From assembly GCA_051362555.1 (NCBI GenBank), contig CM120641.1, positions 23,318,401 through 23,382,400 on the forward strand: a stretch of DNA of 64,000 bases, written 5' to 3'. The position numbers and the translations under genes are program-made. Under the pieces are notes generated by a model. It made no database searches, was not told the origin of the DNA, and saw only the letters and a list, made by a program, of their open reading frames with translations. The DNA comes from Lingula anatina (taxonomy: Eukaryota > Animalia > Brachiopoda). Every line of letters starts with the position of its first letter. Within the stretch, counting starts at the first letter, position 1. Shown piece after piece: positions 51,131 to 64,000 of the stretch.

Positions 51131-53964
51131 TCGAAGAAAATGGCGTATGATAAAGATGTGTGGCCCATGGAGAATAGTCTGTTGCGAGATTGAAATTGGA
51201 CTCCAGAGAAATCTGTGTGCAACATCACGACTATGTTTTTGCTGCCGTAAGACACAAGTACAATAATGTACCACTGAATTAACAGTGAAGTCAGTATGTT
51301 CATCCCGATAAAAAAATGTGATAAAATACAAAAATTCATGTTTAACGCAAGACGTAGGACTTATACGACCGAAATATTTGTGTCAGTAATTAAACTACCG
51401 GCTCAGGTGTATGAAGCACCTGAATTAGGGGGAGTGACCTATGAACTCTAACAAACCCATATCCAAGTTGATCTATGTGGTCCATATATGAAACGAACTC
51501 CTTGAAACTTCACACTATTAATGTCACTTCAGTAATAAGCTAGACAATGTTGGATTATATATTGTGTTTATGTTAATGATATGCCAATTTTTTATTTATT
51601 TATAAACCATTGTACATATTGTGATGTCTGGGACTGGACATGTAGAAAGACTCCATTGATGACATTGGATGGTAATAGATCATCCTAATGATATTGAAAT
51701 TTAACCAGTACTTCACTCAATTTGTATTGTATAAGTCCTCAGTTAACATATTAAAAAACAGAACATTTATTATGGCTAAATGAAATGGATTTAACTTGAA
51801 AAATAATACAACATTGTTATTAACGCATTCTTAATATTAACTAATTACAAAGCAAATTATAATCTTTATAAAGCTTTCTGAAAGTTACTTATTCATCTGA
51901 CCATCTTTTGTTACTGTGTCCAGAAGTGATCAGAAATAATTGATTTCATTCCATGGTTTAGGTTTTGCAATTAAAAATGTGGCATGAGTATTTGTAACAT
52001 CAGTGAAGTAAACATGCAAGAATGATAGCTTAAAGTACCAACTGCCTTTCCTGTTATTTTATCTGATAGATGTAACTACAGTTTTATGTGTTGTGAACAA
52101 GTCATTTTAAATACTCCTAATACACATTCAGTGAAATTTGACCTGTCAAGAAAATATTCGGTGTGTTCTATCTACAGGACCCCAGAGATTTTAAATTTGT
52201 TTACATTATTAGGTTTCTATTTAAACCAATGTCACATGTATGAATCAAATCTCAGTATAATCAGTTGTCTAAATCTAGACATACATCTTGAAAAGGTTTT
52301 TGGTACGTCCAATTTACATGTGTGGAAAAAGATAGTAGAATAGTGCAAAATATACAGTTTGTGAAATGTTATTGTAATTTGTCACTGTAAAGGCCATTCA
52401 GCATACTTTTTCTTTCCATAATATTTCTCCCCACAAAACTGCTTGCCATTTTCATTTCTTCCATCTTCAGAAAAGTAAGATATCATCTTAAAATACGAAA
52501 AAAAACATTATTATGGGAAGATGCTATGAAGGGGAAAATGGTATGGAATGGTTCATAAATTAATTAAACATGATAAACAGCTCACAGCATTGGATATGGA
52601 TGAGTCAAGATACTAATTTAATCAGCAAATCTTTACCTAAAATGTTTGGTTGCTGTTTTCTGAGCAGTTCTCAAATGTTGAGAATCCCTGTCTGTGTGTG
52701 GAAGGTTTGATTTATATTTTGAACCAGCAGTGTTGAATATGTCTCAGTTTACAAAAAATAAAGAAAATATTACAAAGCTCTCAGAAGTTGCCTCCATTAA
52801 GACATTTAGAAAATATAGGAAATAGAGTTGAATGTTTAGAGAATTCTTTCATCTTTTTTCTGAATTATGTTGATATGAATATTGATTGCTGGTGTTGTCA
52901 TCATGAAGCAAGGCCGTGTAATATACCATGTCTGGTGGGATTGGATGATGGAGCTATGGTGGCCTCAAGCTTATTGATCTCCTGTTTAATTTCATAATTT
53001 GATTACCAATCTCTTGAAGTTAACATCTTATTTTGTTGTGCACCAACCTTTAAGGAAATGAAAGAAATTTGAGAAGATGAGCTCCGTTGGTTGTATGTAT
53101 CACTGTTTGAAGGTAATTTGATTTGCAGTTGAGACTTTTTTACATGGCTGGAGTATTTAGTTTGGGTGTCATTTAACATTTTAGAAAGGTATATTTTTAT
53201 CAAATTAGAATCTGTTGCTTGCTTTAGCCTGAGACTGTTACTGCATTGGAATATATCGTTAGAAAGGCTATACTCGGAGAAAGTTAATCTTATTGATTTT
53301 TCATGAGAAGTCCCATCCTTTGCTTTCTTAATATCAAATTCACATCTTGGGATTTTCTCACACAAATACATTTTAGCATGACCTTTAATCTTTTTTAAAT
53401 AAGAAATAAAACCAACTTTGCTTATATATATCTTAAGTAATACACAACGTGCGTTACCTTAGGAAGTGACATATTTGAGAGGCCTAACTGAATTGTTGCC
53501 CACTACAGTGTTGCATTGACTCATACCACTGCGTGAACTCAGGTATCATCATAATTTGATTACCCATCTCTTTGACCTGTACCAACACTGGCAGATTCCA
53601 TATACTTCAAATTATTTCCATTGAAATGTTAAACCTATTTGACATCATGTAGTAATTTTGAAAATGAAATGTACTTGAATTATATATTTATCAAATAGCA
53701 TAAAGTAACAAAATGCATTTGTATCAAATGTACTTAGACATGTTGTTTTTTGCCTGATTCTTTAATTATTCAAAACTTACATTTATAACACTATGTCCTC
53801 ACGTACAGTTAAAGTAAACACATCAAGAGGACTGTGACAGAGCTCTGTTGTAATCAACATCACCTTTCTGTTAGGATAAATGGAACAGAGATTGAATTGG
53901 AAAAAGGGTTTTGTGTAGATGACTCACGCTATTGATTTTTTTTCCAGTGGCCTGACACTGCGTG

Positions 53965-62860
<8,896 letters not shown>

Positions 62861-64000
62861 GTGAGTATAGTATGCATGTTGACTGTATAAAAAATGAGGC
62901 ATGGCAAGCAGATGTTGTCAATGTGCACTAGCATCCTTGTTTTGATTGGGTACCATTTGGATTGCTCAAGGAACTGATCATCTTTCAGAGAAGAAGGCTA
63001 GTCAGTTTTTCTAAAGAAGTGACATGTTTTCAGCTACAAAAAGACTCCCAGTAGGGATATGGGTTGGGTACATCAAATGATTTTTCTTCTTGCTTTAAAT
63101 GGTTGTTAACACTTTTCTATTTACAAACTCATCAAGAGAAAAAAATGTTAATAGAATCACAAGATGAGGTCATTTGACTGATCTTCATTACTTTTTGCTT
63201 GTTTTCCAGCATGTGATTTTTTTTCCATTTCATTGCCAAACGTTTCTTCAGTAAAAGTGTTCTTTAACTTGTCAGGCATACCAGTTTTATAAATTTTAAT
63301 TGTAGAAGCTTCATGGTGTATCTATTCTGTTTGCCAGCATTGCATATTTAAAAAAATCAAAAATGGGATGTTTTATAATAAATGACACTTAGACACAAAA
63401 CAAAATCAGAAATTTTAAACTTCCATCAACTTAAGGGATCATGGATACAAAAATGTCAGCTCTTGAATATGCCATTCTCTGTGTAGCTATGTGTATGAAG
63501 CAGACTCCAGCATGAATGTGTGTTGTACAGCAGTTTTCAGCACGAGTGACGTTGCACATGCAGAAATTTGGGTACAAATATCCCAGTTGTGTGCTGCAAT
63601 TTCATCCCAAATCCTGAAGTTGATCATAGCAATTTCTCAGTTATTTATGTCTTGGTTGTTTTTTGTTCATTTTGTATGAGGATCTTCTCACGCTCAGACT
63701 TGTATCTGTACATTGTGTTTGACTTTTTGTTCTTTGCTGGTCATGTTTATAGCATATTTTAGTACTTTTCATTTGAATTTTACCTTTTGATTTTTTTATA
63801 TTCTGTTAGCATCTCTTTTAAAAAACAAAACAGAATCCTTCATTCTGCTTGACTAGTGTTTTCAGAGCTTACAATATGTCTGCTGTCCCAGCTTATAAGT
63901 CATATCTGATTCAAGAGAATCTCACTTAACTCTGATAAGTTTTGAAATGCACACTTATATTCAGCGACAAAAATAATTGTCAGAGCCAGATATTGTGGTG

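Overview
AT-rich, intron-rich animal DNA, inferred to be a lophotrochozoan and probably a mollusc from repeat style and gene content; the species cannot be determined from the sequence. Hand-splicing of GT-AG exons gives six genes in three consecutive head-to-head pairs: VRK1(-)/PPP1R37(+), MAP10(-)/FANCM(+), and an M14 zinc carboxypeptidase(-)/HEATR5B(+, runs off the window). A probable last coding exon of an unidentified upstream + strand gene lies at 609-672. Mobile DNA includes two 2.2-2.4 kb Helentron/HINE-type elements in VRK1 introns, two copies of a CAG-ended MITE with 6-bp TSDs (one nested in an RTE-LINE remnant), two Harbinger/Tourist-like MITEs and microsatellites. The most notable observations are: (1) the HINE internal ~144-bp satellite is a phased array of near-consensus nuclear-receptor elements; (2) a prodomain-less carboxypeptidase with a C-terminal membrane anchor and plant-like motifs; (3) a consensus UIM behind the FANCM PIP box; (4) candidate HEATR5B microexons; (5) duplicated decoy splice sites around a PPP1R37 exon. 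All gene identities come from recognising motifs, not from database searches.
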